From Trypanosoma brucei (lineage: Eukaryota): 64,000 bases of DNA. Where the stretch lies: the NCBI GenBank assembly GCA_000002445.1, contig CP000068.1:192001-256000 (forward strand), written 5' to 3'. The notes under the pieces were generated by a model, which was not told the origin of the DNA, ran no database searches, and worked only from the letters and a program-made list of their open reading frames with translations. The translations under genes and the position numbers were made by a program. Position 1 is the stretch's first letter. Each line of letters starts with the position of its first letter. Of this stretch, positions 1 through 12,715 are shown one piece after another.

Positions 1-2639
1 TCTCTCTATTTTCTTCGAACATAGGCAACAATTCAATGTTTTAGGGCATATTGAAGGAAACAAACGAGGTCCGTAAATCGGCGAAATTTACCTGCCCATT
101 GTCAAAAGTCACTCGAAGCTCTCCATTGTCAAACCTCGGAAAACCGTCTACATGTACCGCTGAATTTCCAAAAGGGGGACAATAGTTGAATGAAAATGTG
201 GTCCGACCGCACTGTTTCACAAAAGTCCTTATTTCTTTCAAACTTATTTCCCATTCGGCATCCGATATAGTTGGAGGGGTTGTCGTTAGCATCTCTCAAA
301 ACTTACAGCGATAACTTACTTTTTAAAAAATTACTTACCCTTTTAAAAAACTTTCCTCCGTAATAGTTTTTCTATGCATATATAAGAAAGGAAAGAACGA
401 ATAACAAAGAAAGTGGTAAAGATGGACCATTCCTTTCGCAAGCTCCCATTACAAAAGAAAAAAGGCAGAGCAGGCATTTGTGGATTATGCAAGAGCGTCC
501 GAGTCAGTGGATCGTGTGTAAATCACTGTGGCGCTAAGTCGCTGCAAGTATATTCTCACCTAAAGAGGTGAATGGGACGGTTCCTGTACAGTTCAAACCC
601 CAGAGTGAGGACAAACAAGACCTTGTCAAACGCTAGTTCCCCAACCTGCGGGGTGCCGCAACGATCCGCTGCCTGGATCAATGCTGCTCATATTCAGAAT
701 GGACCTCCTCAGCCTAAAGATAAGTAAAGCATCAGGAATTAGAAACAGCTTCCTTGCAAACAACCTAATCATCATACGCGGAGACACGGGTCTAAAAAGC
801 ATCTGTAAAATGTCACAACAAGGAATCGGCTGCAATGCGCGGTGGCCCATAAAACCATGTGATGACGTGTGTGTGAATGTGTGCTGGAAAGAAAGTGCAC
901 ATGCCTCGGGATCATGCATGCTAGTACCTTTTAATTCCGTGAAAACAGCAAGAAGATAAAGGAAAACAAAAGATGTGGGGCCGCCAGATCTAACACTTCG
1001 GTCATGTGAGGAAGCAGAGAGGCACAAAAAGGGCAACGGGGGGTTCACAAAAGGGACCACCAAAGTTGCAGGTCATCTCATCCATTTGTCCCAAAGCGTC
1101 CCCGCCACGGGGAGCAATACGAGACAAAGATCTGCTTTACCTGCATATTTCGCCTACGTTATGCAATCGCGCCGCGGCTCAGTGGCTAACCTAACGATAA
1201 AAGCGCATCAATGGGAAAGGAAAGGAGCATGGAAAGCACCCCAAACAGGGAGCAAAGCACAGACAACGTACAGAGGGAACTACAGCCGCCATATATCTAT
1301 GGTAAAATGTTTGAACAAAGGCAATCACTATGGGAACGCATGCCGCGACGTGTCTCGGGTAACCTCCAAGGCGGTTCTTTAGAAGCGAAAAGGAGACCTG
1401 TCTGAGGAAGCGGTGGAGAGCAAAGAAAGGAAAAAGATTAAATTGGCCCTTTCGTCTACCGACCGTACCGACTGGGTGGGCGGTTGAGGAAACGCAACGA
1501 CACGGGTCGCTCAAAGCGCGGCAGGAAGAAAATTTCTCCGAAAACCCACAGGACAAATCACCAGGAAAATAAGGCATGGAGGTGGAATGTCAAATGTGCC
1601 CGAGGAAGTTGCAGAGAAAGGGGGAATTGGCAGGCTACAAGTGCGACAAACCGAATCACCGTGTCAAAAACCGATGACATGGTCATGCGAACAAGCTGAA
1701 AACAAAGTTCCCCATTCACCGCAATAAATGCTGTTCGCACTGTGTAACAAGACACGGCCGAAGGAGTACCAGCGCCAAATTGTAAAAAAAAAAAAGAAGC
1801 GCATAAACAATTAAAGGGCTGATTATGAAAACGAAGCGAAAGGAAAAAGAGAATGGCAAAAAGGAAGACAGCAAAAACATTGAACTTCCTGAGGGATCAG
1901 GGCAGGCATTGCAAAAGTCACTGACTGAAACGCAGAGTAGAACACGATACGAAAGAGGATGGTGCGATTATTAGCGTGTTCATATGTCGAAACCCATTCT
2001 TTACACAGGGAACAAACACTTGGTGGAAGTTGGAATGAAAAAAGATACAAATGATGAAGCATCTCTGGAATCAAAGACAGCTCCAAAGACCATCCAACGC
2101 TCGCAGGACAAAATGCGTGCAACAAAGTCACATCACTGAACTCATGCAGTGGAAGGGCGAATGCAAAATAGGAAAAAAAGCACAACACTGTAAAATGTGG
2201 GTACTACTCACCTTCCCCAAAACCGTCACAACACCCCTCCCCAGGAAGCGCTCCGTAGAGAAAGCGGTCGAAAATGCCGCAAACAGATGGTTGCCGTTTC
2301 GCATGCAACTGGCACGTTTTCTATGCAAGCTATTTAACCAAAGGGGTTTGAGCTAAACACAGAGGAGCGCCAACAGACTCAAGATAACTGTCAAAGGAAT
2401 TCACACTGAAACGACCATGGGTTGGGAAAAAGGAAAAGGGGGACTACTTCGCCGACGGCCAAGCCTACCTACATTCCGCCACGCCATACTTTGAAGAACC
2501 CGGCGTGTGAGTGCTGCTTGCGGCCGAGGGCACACAACTCATTGGTGCAAAAGGTGACAGTCACGCGGCGGTGTGGAACCGCAAGACTCGATCAGATACT
2601 AGGGGAATAACTTTACTGCGGCGCCATGTCGGTAAGTAG

Positions 2640-5200
2640 CTTTGGGCCAACAAAAAACTGGCGATAGCACCAAGTGTGCGTGCCAACATCGGGAGCTCAC
2701 ACCTGATGCGTCACCCCTCAAGGGAAGTGCGGGGCGCACCAGTGGATGTCATAGAACTTCACCGAGCAGTGATGGTCAACATCTCCTCGATATGAGTGTG
2801 TGGAACGTACGGGGTGAGCCCATTCGCCAACAGCTTCTCTGCATTCATAGACCAAATCCACACGGAGAAATTTTCTCAGGACAGCCGACGAACTCTGACG
2901 GAAGAATTGGAACTGGTGGAACGTGCACGAATTGGAGAAATGTCTGAGGTGCGGTATCCGTGTTGCAACCGCAGGGGTCGTTCCTTGAATCACAGCCACA
3001 CCACAACACTCAACACCTCAACTTACTAAACTCGATAAGGGGATTGCGAGGTGTCATCGCTCATTGAATGGGGGAACTGGTCGACATGCAGAGGTAGCTT
3101 CCAGGCCGCATGACAAATGAAGGGTGTTTCGTGCCGTTCTGAAAGCACAAGGCTCCGGTCCGTTGCAACTGGTGCGTCAAGAAAGTGTACGCGTCGGGGC
3201 CATTCAACCTCCTGGCGGCTATATGAGACGGTGCTCCAAAACCGACTACCGGCAGGAGAAACATTTCGTTGATCCCTACGCGCCCCGGGCAACAGATTAC
3301 TTATCCTCGCCCTTAAGGCATTCGACGTGAGTTTATGGAATGGAATCGTACCTGCTGCACGGGAGAGTTATCAATAATTTCCATACAGAAACACCCTAAG
3401 AAGGCGGAGCGTTTGGATGTCCACGAGGCGGTGAAAGCGATGAGTTGCGCGCGCAAAGCCATCGAGAACATCGTTGGTAATGGAATTGGGGACTTTATGG
3501 GGGAGGGGCCCACACTAGAACCGGGATTTCGGCCGGGTCGCCCCACGCTAAGGCTGCTTCAGCGCTTCCAGATGGCCCTTGGTCACCCGTCGCCGTCGCA
3601 CATGGGAGCGGCATTCATAGTTTACGCGAATGCCTTGGATGTCACACGGAAAGCGGCTGATGGTTTTATTTTACAGCAGAATGAAAGGAACAAAAGTTGG
3701 CAAAACACTGTTAAACAGCCGGACGCTTGCAAGAGGCATAAAGCAACTGCATCAGAGCGCACTGTGCCCCTCAGCCTCGGACTCGCAGAGCCAACTCTTG
3801 GAAGCATTTCCGCTATCACATGACGGCTTTTTTGCGGATAATTTGGCGCTATCGGCGCGATACACGAAGAGGGACCCCGAAGACCGCACACCGCAGGGCA
3901 GCCCCGGCGTTGTGATACAATGGCAGCAAAAGTGACTTATGTACGCCCGCACGCCGGTGACGAAATGCAAACTGCTCAGTTACATTGAACACTTATCGTC
4001 AATGTAACATCACGGTGGGGCTCGGGCTGGGGTTGGAAAAGTACCGAAGATGTTTTGGGACGGCGCGCTGCGCAAACACAGCGAATAGCAAGCCGCAGGG
4101 CGCTGAAAATAGAAACCGTTTGGGCGACGGCGTATCACCCAGATGAGGCGTTGCGTGCTTTACACTTCCGGTTTTTACAATTACGTGACACGTGCAGAGC
4201 TGATGTGTGGCATTAGTGCGTCTCAGAAGGTATTCGAGAGGCGACCGGAGCGGAGCGGCACAAAGACAGCCAAACCATCGAGGACGTATCGCACGCGCAC
4301 TATACAACCCCACCCGTAACTTCGTGCCGGGACGGAAGCCGCTGATCCAAACTTCTCCAACGCCTTCCTTTTCAATGCAACAGGGCCTTCCGCGGGAAGA
4401 TAAGGCCCGTGTGCGCAAACTGTCCCGGAGAGGCTTAGATCGGCGAATGGACATTCTTAAACCAGAGGTCCGGCCAGACCCTCAGCCCAAGTGAGGACGA
4501 AAAAACGATACATCAGGTCAACAAAAGCGGCGGCGCACTTGCACTGGCGGTGGGCCTGCGAAAGGCACCGAATCCCTTCTTAATTCACAAGGCGGTGCTG
4601 CCCAGCCTCTCGATATACCCGCTTTCGTTCTCCACCATGCCGGAGGCGAGCGCAGTTACCATTACTGACCCGTCCCTGCACAAATTGCGGTGGTCAGCTG
4701 TGACAATACCGGGCAGGAACAATTGCATTAGACCACAGTTTGTACTCCCCTGCTGCGGCGTGGCATTGAACGAAGGCGCGCGGCGAAATTGCGAAGAATG
4801 TCGCTGGCATGTCACAGTTGCCCGACCGGGGGTTTGCAGACACCGCGGCCTATTCGAAGCGTTTGTTGTGATCTGGGGAAATATACTCGGGGGCCCACCG
4901 GGACACATTTCACGACCAAATGCAAAGAATGGATGCGCGGGCCGACAGCGTTGGCTGGCACTGCTGGTGGTCGCCGCACAAAATCAACTCATGGGTGGCC
5001 CGTTCCACCGGTGGCAGGAACCGTAATTTCCACTGGCGACGCTTGCACCCCAACCAATCCCAACGACCACGACCTCGGTGTTAACAACCTTCTTTCACGC
5101 TGAGGGACAAAAAAGGTGTACTAATTGCGGTGCGATATGGCAAACACCGAACGAGTGCAGTGACGAATATGGCGGCGGATCTTCTGGCGTAGGCGCGTTC
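2640..5200 (+). mobile_element. Degenerate non-LTR (ingi/DIRE-like) retrotransposon remnant with frames broken by stops
   Basis: ORF 2642..2947 contains the hallmark APE-endonuclease start motif (LLDMSVWNVRGEP...LLCIHRP; WNVRG at 2801-2815). About 2 kb downstream, the ORF at 4789..5103 carries an RT domain-2-like motif (TPRPIRSVCCDLGKY, compare the FRPISLxNxDxKI consensus). No continuous ORF survives, so the element is degenerate. The APE-to-RT spacing matches ingi-type elements. Confidence 0.35.
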
Positions 5201-5971
5201 TTTTGAAAAATTAAATGCGGTGATGCGTCGCGTCCAGCGTATGATCCATCAGAACCCATGCAACCGCGGCCCGTACTGGCGGCTTCGCGAGTATCAACAA
5301 CAGCAAGCCTCAACACTAAACATTCAAAGGCGTCACGACGGCACCACCTTCGCAGCCACATTTGTGATACAAAGCAATCGGTTCGCGAGCTAAACAGGTC
5401 TTGAATTGAAAAGCAGGATGCAAGATGTAAAGCAATAACTACAAGACAGCGCATCTACCGCAAGAAAACATTGTTTTACCCAACAAGCTACCATGCCCCG
5501 GAGGCAACATAGCCAACACCAAACGACACCGCCATCCTGCAGAAGTTCTGCTTCTCGGGTCGCCTTGAATAACTTCAACTCACCACAAAACGACTCCAGA
5601 GCTTGACGCCACTCTTAACTACGACTATTGAAAAACAGGGTAAACAGGAACCAAAATCATACAGCACCCCCATTAACAAGAGAATAGACAGAAAAAACTA
5701 AGCAACAAACAAAAAAGTGGAAAAGTCGGCATGTCAGCAAGTCTAACATCTAGCATCGCCTCCTCACCCTCCAACAAACACACACCCAAAAAACAAAACT
5801 AGCACAAAATTTTTTTCACATCAGCAGAAAAAAAACCAAAAATACAAAATAAAGAAAAAAACAACATTTATCAGCGGTGGAGAGAACGGTACAACTAGGG
5901 AAAAAATTAAGAATTGAACAAAACACAATAAACAAACACAAAACATGCTGAAACCAGCGACAAATGGGTAT

Positions 5972-7814
5972 GATTGTGCAACACTGTTTTTGCATAATCA
6001 TACGCATGAATGCGTATTTGACGTGAAAATACGCAATAATGCACAATTTGTGAACAAACATGCAACATTGTGCAGGTTGTGCAAGAATGCGTGTTTTACA
6101 CCAAAAACACCTTACATGTTGCATTGCAACACTGTTTTTGCACAATCATACGCATGAATGCGTATTTGACGTGAAAATACGCAATAATGCACAATTTGTG
6201 AACAAACATGCAACATTGTGCAGGTTGTGCAAGAATGCGTGTTTTACACCAAAAACACCTTACATGTTGCATTGCAACACTGTTTTTGCACAATCATACG
6301 CATGAATGCGTATTTGACGTGAAAATACGCAATAATGCACAATTTGTGAACAAACATGCAACATTGTGCAGGTTGTGCAAGAATGCGTGTTTTACACCAA
6401 AAACACCTTACATGTTGCATTGCAACACTGTTTTTGCACAATCATACGCATGAATGCGTATTTGACGTGAAAATACGCAATAATGCACAATTTGTGAACA
6501 AACATGCAACATTGTGCAGGTTGTGCAAGAATGCGTGTTTTACACCAAAAACACCTTACATGTTGCATTGCAACACTGTTTTTGCACAATCATACGCATG
6601 AATGCGTATTTGACGTGAAAATACGCAATAATGCACAATTTGTGAACAAACATGCAACATTGTGCAGGTTGTGCAAGAATGCGTGTTTTACACCAAAAAC
6701 ACCTTACATGTTGCATTGCAACACTGTTTTTGCACAATCATACGCATGAATGCGTATTTGACGTGAAAATACGCAATAATGCACAATTTGTGAACAAACA
6801 TGCAACATTGTGCAGGTTGTGCAAGAATGCGTGTTTTACACCAAAAACACCTTACATGTTGCATTGTAACACTGTTTTTGCACAATCATACGCATGAATG
6901 CGTATTTGACGTGAAAATACGCAATAATGCACAATTTGTGAACAAACATGCAACATTGTGCAGGTTGTGCAAGAATGCGTGTTTTACACCAAAAACACCT
7001 TACATGTTGCATTGCAACACTGTTTTTGCACAATCATACGCATGAATGCGTATTTGACGTGAAAATACGCAATAATGCACAATTTGTGAACAAACATGCA
7101 ACATTGTGCAGGTTGTGCAAGAATGCGTGTTTTACACCAAAAACACCTTACATGTTGCATTGCAACACTGTTTTTGCACAATCATACGCATGAATGCGTA
7201 TTTGACGTGAAAATACGCAATAATGCACAATTTGTGAACAAACATGCAACATTGTGCAGGTTGTGCAAGAATGCGTGTTTTACACCAAAAACACCTTACA
7301 TGTTGCATTGCAACACTGTTTTTGCACAATCATACGCATGAATGCGTATTTGACGTGAAAATACGCAATAATGCACAATTTGTGAACAAACATGCAACAT
7401 TGTGCAGGTTGTGCAAGAATGCGTGTTTTACACCAAAAACACCTTACATGTTGCATTGTAACACTGTTTTTGCACAATCATACGCATGAATGCGTATTTG
7501 ACGTGAAAATACGCAATAATGCACAATTTGTGAACAAACATGCAACATTGTGCAGGTTGTGCAAGAATGCGTGTTTTACACCAAAAACACCTTACATGTT
7601 GCATTGTAACACTGTTTTTGCACAATCATACGCATGAATGCGTATTTGACGTGAAAATACGCAATAATGCACAATTTGTGAACAAACATGCAACATTGTG
7701 CAGGTTGTGCAAGAATGCGTGTTTTACACCAAAAACACCTTACATGTTGCATTGTAACACTGTTTTTGCACAATCATACGCATGAATGCGTATTTGACGT
7801 GAAAATACGCAATA
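5972..7814. repeat. Tandem array of a 148-bp satellite-like unit: about 12.4 head-to-tail copies, >98% identical
   Basis: ORF-track entries recur with an exact 148-nt period (6060, 6208, ... 7540) and translate identically except for single-residue variants (A/V, A/T, C/Y), which correspond to a few SNPs. The sequence reads as a repeating unit caacattgtgcaggttgtgcaagaatgcgtgttttacaccaaaaacaccttacatgttgcattgcaacactgtttttgcacaatcatacgcatgaatgcgtatttgacgtgaaaatacgcaataatgcacaatttgtgaacaaacatg. Each unit holds an 8-bp-stem inverted repeat (atacgcat-ga-atgcgtat) and reiterated tgcacaat/attgtgca motifs. Confidence 0.95.
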
Positions 7815-10171
7815 GTTTGCATTTTATGCTTTAATGTTTATGTTGCTCATGCTTTTTTTCAATTTGCATATTTTGCGTGAGAAGGGTTGTTGTAATTAGA
7901 CTTGTTTTCACCTGATCGATGTATTAATGGATATGAAATGGGAAAGGTGTCATGATGTGCTGCCGTGTAAGTGTGAAAATTAATTTTTTTAGTTTTTTTG
8001 TTTGCCGTGTTCTAAAGCAGTGTGTTGTTGTTTCTTTTTGATGCTGTCTTTATTTTTTTGTAGCGATTTTAGCGAAGCGGATGGAAATGTTGAGTTTGTG
8101 ACATTCTTTTTTTTTTTTAGTGTGTCCTGTTTTCGCGAGAGCAAATGTTTAGGAATACCGAATTTGTTGTATTGTTTTCTGTTTTGCTGTTAATGGCGAG
8201 GGGTCTTTCATGGAAAGTGTTTTCGAGACCCACAAGGGTTTATATTGCTTTACAAAGTGTACCGGAATTGCTTGGTGCCACGAAAGGGGGACGTGATTGT
8301 AAGCGAAATAATGTGCCACGTAGTTGCACGGAATAACGTGATGGTAGGAAAAATCTGCGAAGAGGGGGGTCATACGAGGAGCTGCGTACGGAAGGCGATT
8401 GGGACCTGTCGCAACAATTTCACTACTTAAAGGCCAGTCTTTTTATGTTGCCATTTACTGCCGGCTTGGGCGCCGTGAGAGCGGGGGGGGCAGGGGACGT
8501 TTAGCGGCAGATGAATGGTTCGAAAAGGCATAATTTGCTCAATTTCCATCAAAGCAGCGAAAAGTGAAACATATTCGATAAAGCCAGTCTGCGCCACTCA
8601 CCAATGACAATGCCAATTTTTGTTTTTAATGTGCCGTTTCGTCGATCACATGACCGGGCACCGCCACTTTATGGAGATCCTGTTGGGATATATATATAAA
8701 TATATTGTGCGTCCTTTCGAGCTGTTGGCGACATTTTCTCATGCTCTAGGTATTAAGTTCCTGTGAGTGACGCTGCATACCTGCTTGCAGCTCGTTGTTC
8801 TTTTATTAAGCGTTAGCGCTGAAACGGGCCTCGCACAGTGTTGTTATTGTGGTTTGAGGCGCCAACGAATAACTGCAGAGCCGTTGTCTTTCGCAATCCT
8901 GCATGAAGAAAGCCTCCCGCGAACAAAACGCAGCTGTTCCAAAGAGGCCGTATGATGCGGTTTTACCTCATGTACAACCTGACGGAACGTTGGGAACGCC
9001 TTCGGCCATTGTGAACAAATCGCAAAACCACGTCAAGGCAACCACCTGTCCTTACCAGTGTGCGTGAGGTTGCCATAATTTGCATCATAAATTGCTCCCC
9101 GTAGATGCCGATGGATCTTTGCGGTTGCTTCATCCATGCAGTGACTCGCATGTGAAATGCATGACCATCCTATTGTTTGGTTGCAGAACACAGGCTGGAG
9201 TGCTAAACGCATCCTTCCCAAGCCTCGACGCGTCGTCCGCCGCAACAGAAACGGTATCCACGGCTTCAACACTTTTCCGCAACCGCCCGCGTCCTGAACC
9301 GCCAGTGTGCTCCTCTTGCCCGACCTCCCTTTTCTTTTTTTAAAAGTTTCATCGCGTCCGATTAACTGCTGCTCTCCGTTCTTACGCTTCGTGGTGGTCT
9401 CTTAGTTCTCAACCCATCTCACTTTCCGCGCAGTATAGGACTGTGGCACCGCGCAATCAACTGATACGCATATTTGAACAGGCTTTGCAGTAGCTTTAGC
9501 TTCATCCAATGCCAAGCCGTCAGTATTTTCCCTATTCCCCTTCTTTCCAGCGATGGTGGCTGGAAACTCAGTTATATGAATGTGTTCTTAACCGCGGAAG
9601 CGAAAAGAAGCAACCTTCAAAAACTTTCCTCCCTTTAAATGTTTCATTCCGCAGCCAAACCTTTGTTAGTGAGGGCATTCGTCTTGTTTCCTTCCTGACT
9701 TAATGCATATCCAACTTAGCTTCGTCACTGGCATTCTCTGCACTCCTGCATGTTCCACCCTCATTTTTTTTTCTTCTTCCAAACCCATCACTATTTATCC
9801 GTTTCATGACACACACGCATATATGTATTGTCCATGCGCCATTTGGTCGTCGTCTCCGCATTCCTTCGGCAAACGTTTACTTTCATTATCTTTTAAGAAT
9901 TTCCTTTTGAATAATTAAATGTGTATAAGTAAAAAACTTGACGGAAGAGATAAGGGAGTGAGATGAGGTGCAATGACGCCAATCAGTTGTTACCTCCCAC
10001 CCCCAACGCACGGCCACGCGCATGCGGTGCGTTTGGAGCAGGTGTGAAGCAAAAGACAAAAGGAAAGTTATAATTTAGCAATTTCTGCCCACTGATCGCG
10101 TGCGAACGCACTGTATTAACCTTAAACCCGTGTGGTTGGCGGGAAAGATTATCTTTGACGCGTGATGGAAA

Positions 10172-10183
10172 GGGGGGGGGGGG
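10172..10183. repeat. G12 homopolymer within a low-complexity T/G/A-rich intergenic region (about 8.0-11.4 kb)
   Basis: A run of 12 G is directly visible. The surrounding 3 kb has many T10+ and A-rich runs and no ORF longer than 90 aa. Confidence 0.9.
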
Positions 10184-11428
10184 AGCGGCGCGGGCGGGCA
10201 CCACATACATCTCTGTGTGTTGTCGTCTTTTTTCTTCAAATACTGCTTTTCTTTTCTTTTCTTTTCATTCCTTTTTAAAACCCGCAGCTCACAACGAACT
10301 AATTTCGCAAACTAAATACACCCCGTGAATTTCCCCCCTTGCTCCTTGCGCGTTGAGAGGGGTACTTCCGTTATTTCCCTCATGGCCGTTTCTTTTTTTT
10401 TTCCCCTTAAACTTCTTTTCCCCTTTTAATTCATTAAGAAAGAGGAATCAAAACGCACACCCGCAATTCTCGCTCGTTTTTTTTTTGCGGCCATAAGGGC
10501 GGTTTTTTTTTCAAATTTATTTATTTAAAAATAAATAAATATATATATATAGATAGAACGCTGAACGTGTAGGACTGTTTCCCCCCTTTCCCACCTCACC
10601 ACCATTAACTCGCTTTTTTCCTTTTTTTCGTAATACATGTCATCTTATTCCCTCAACTTTCCTTTCCATCATGTCATGGGTTTTAAAATAAAGGGAAGCA
10701 CAAACAGACAAACTCAGCACCACTGGAACATCCCTGATATACCAAAAGCAAAAGAAAAAACTTGTATAGATACGTTGGAATATGAGTTTTGTGCTGATGA
10801 TACGAAACAAAAAAACAACAAACAAAAGCAGGAGGATGACGCAACGCCATGAACAAAAATATGTTTCAAGGAAAAATGTTTGTATGAAATGCCGTCACCC
10901 TCCCCACGCATTAGTCATCAGTCAAAGCAATCAAATATGCTAATCAAATTAATATCAATGATTTTTTTTAAAAAAAAGTAATTTCTATTTTTACTTCAGA
11001 CAAAAAATGAGAAGGCGGAGCCAAAATTATAAAAATATTTATACCTGCATAAGCTCATAAGAATATATATATATATATAAATACCATTAAATATAAAAAA
11101 GAAAAAAGTCAACATATGACCCTTCTCGCTATTTCTCCCTCATTCCTTTTTATCTTACAAAAACCCATTTCACCAATTTACACCAGTGAAGCGGTCATAT
11201 GTTGGGGGAGGCGAACTCCCGCCCCCTTTTCTCTTTTTTTCCCTTAATTTTGTGTCTTCTCCATTAATTTCCAGCTAAAAATTCTTTCAGTTTCCTTCTT
11301 ACTGCTGCAGCTTCCGATGAAAATATTACCGCAGACGTGAGGTGAAGAAGAAGAGGGAGGGGGAGGGGGGAGGAAACAAATAACGCATTGGCATAAAAAT
11401 TTTGGTGCATGTGCATATGTGCAAAATT

Positions 11429-12715
11429 CTAAAGAATATTACCTTCTAAGACGTCAGATCCCAACTCCTCCTCCTTCCCTTTCTTTTCCACCTGTCCTTC
11501 CACCTCATCCCTTTTTTTCATGTGCCACCTGAGGAGGAGAAACAAAAGTATCAGCAAAACGAGCGGGACAACAATCGCAACGACCAAAACGGCTACGCTA
11601 ATTCCCAATGGCGCAGTATCACGTGCCTTCTGGATAAGTTCTTCCTCTTCCTCAGTATTGTTGGGAAGTATAATTTCACGGGAAATATCAACATCATGTT
11701 TTCCATTTTCCCCCAAGACAGTGGTGCGTTCCAATTTGTCCTTCCGTTGCTTAACGAATTCGGTTACGTTTCGAAGAATTGATTTTGGCGTCTCCTCATC
11801 AGTTTCAAGCAAGGTGTAGATTTTGTAAAGCACCACCAACTTTGTCTCGGCGACGTACACGGCGCGTTGTGCCTTCCTCAACTCCGTCACAATCGCATGA
11901 GTTTTGGTCATTGCCCTTTTGTAATCGCCTAACCATCCTTCCCAAGCGGTACAGATATCCGGGCCGCTGTACTTGCTCTTATCTTCACATGGCGGCTTAC
12001 CACTCTTTGCTTTTGGCTTATGTTTATCCCATTTATCCAACGCGAGCTTCATCTTCGTCCCAGTCACGTTTTGGTAAGGCGTACTCTTTCTCAAACCATC
12101 GCAGTGAATGACATTCCTCGCACCATCGGAGTAATCTCTGCGCCGCCCGATAACATAACAATTGTGGCTATAAGGTGATAACTTCAGCCCTCGCTTAATA
12201 TCTCCACCGCAATGCCAGTTCAGAACCTTTAAGAGACCTGTGGCTTTATTATGGTCCTCAATTTCGTCTTCACCCAACGCCTGTGCCGCCGCTCCCTTCG
12301 CTCCATCGATTGATCCTTTAATCTTTTCAGCGACCTCTTGCGCTGTCGCCTCTCCTTGGTCAATGTCTTTCTGAGCTGCCTCGCACTGCTCGCGCAGCTT
12401 AGCCGCGACTGTGGCATACGAGTTGCTTTTTTCATCCAGTCGGGGTCCAATGTATTCAAGATAATAACTCACCCTCTTTTTATCATCAGCCAACAATGCG
12501 GCCAGCCGGTCAGACTCTTCTACAAAATAATCAGCCGATTCTCCAGAAACTTTGGTGGAATAATCCGTCATCGCGCATAGGGCTCTCCCGGCGGCCACGT
12601 CAAGTTTCCTTTCTGCTTTGTAATGCGATTTTCCATAGGATTCCTCATCAGCAAATCCACCTGAGCAACAGACAAGCAGCACGAAGCCGAGCCCAAGCAC
12701 AATAGTACGCGACAT
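11429..12715 (-). CDS. Invariant surface glycoprotein-like (ISG65/ISG64 family) type-I membrane protein, paralogue 1 (428 aa)
   Basis: The protein has an N-terminal signal peptide (MSRTIVLGLGFVLLVCCSGGFA), a large ectodomain with conserved Cys motifs shared with the two downstream paralogues (NWHCGGD, CTAWEGW), and a single C-terminal TM helix (GISVAVLVVAIVVPLVLLILLFLLL). A short lysine-rich cytoplasmic tail follows. This is the architecture of T. brucei ISGs. Assignment to the ISG65 versus ISG64 subfamily is not resolved. Confidence 0.75.
   Translation of the reverse strand: MSRTIVLGLGFVLLVCCSGGFADEESYGKSHYKAERKLDVAAGRALCAMTDYSTKVSGESADYFVEESDRLAALLADDKKRVSYYLEYIGPRLDEKSNSYATVAAKLREQCEAAQKDIDQGEATAQEVAEKIKGSIDGAKGAAAQALGEDEIEDHNKATGLLKVLNWHCGGDIKRGLKLSPYSHNCYVIGRRRDYSDGARNVIHCDGLRKSTPYQNVTGTKMKLALDKWDKHKPKAKSGKPPCEDKSKYSGPDICTAWEGWLGDYKRAMTKTHAIVTELRKAQRAVYVAETKLVVLYKIYTLLETDEETPKSILRNVTEFVKQRKDKLERTTVLGENGKHDVDISREIILPNNTEEEEELIQKARDTAPLGISVAVLVVAIVVPLVLLILLFLLLRWHMKKRDEVEGQVEKKGKEEELGSDVLEGNIL

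Noticed and set aside
5945..7785. A ladder of about 24 ORFs (81 aa on +, 65 aa on -) with identical translations every 148 nt
   Set aside because: They are the same tandem-repeat unit read repeatedly. Identical Cys-rich peptides on both strands with no start context are ORF-caller artefacts of a satellite, not a multigene family.
5972..7814. A regularly spaced repeat that could superficially suggest a CRISPR array
   Set aside because: The units are contiguous 148-bp repeats with no unique spacers and no cas genes, and the whole window is eukaryotic (trypanosomatid) DNA. It is a satellite or tandem repeat, not CRISPR.
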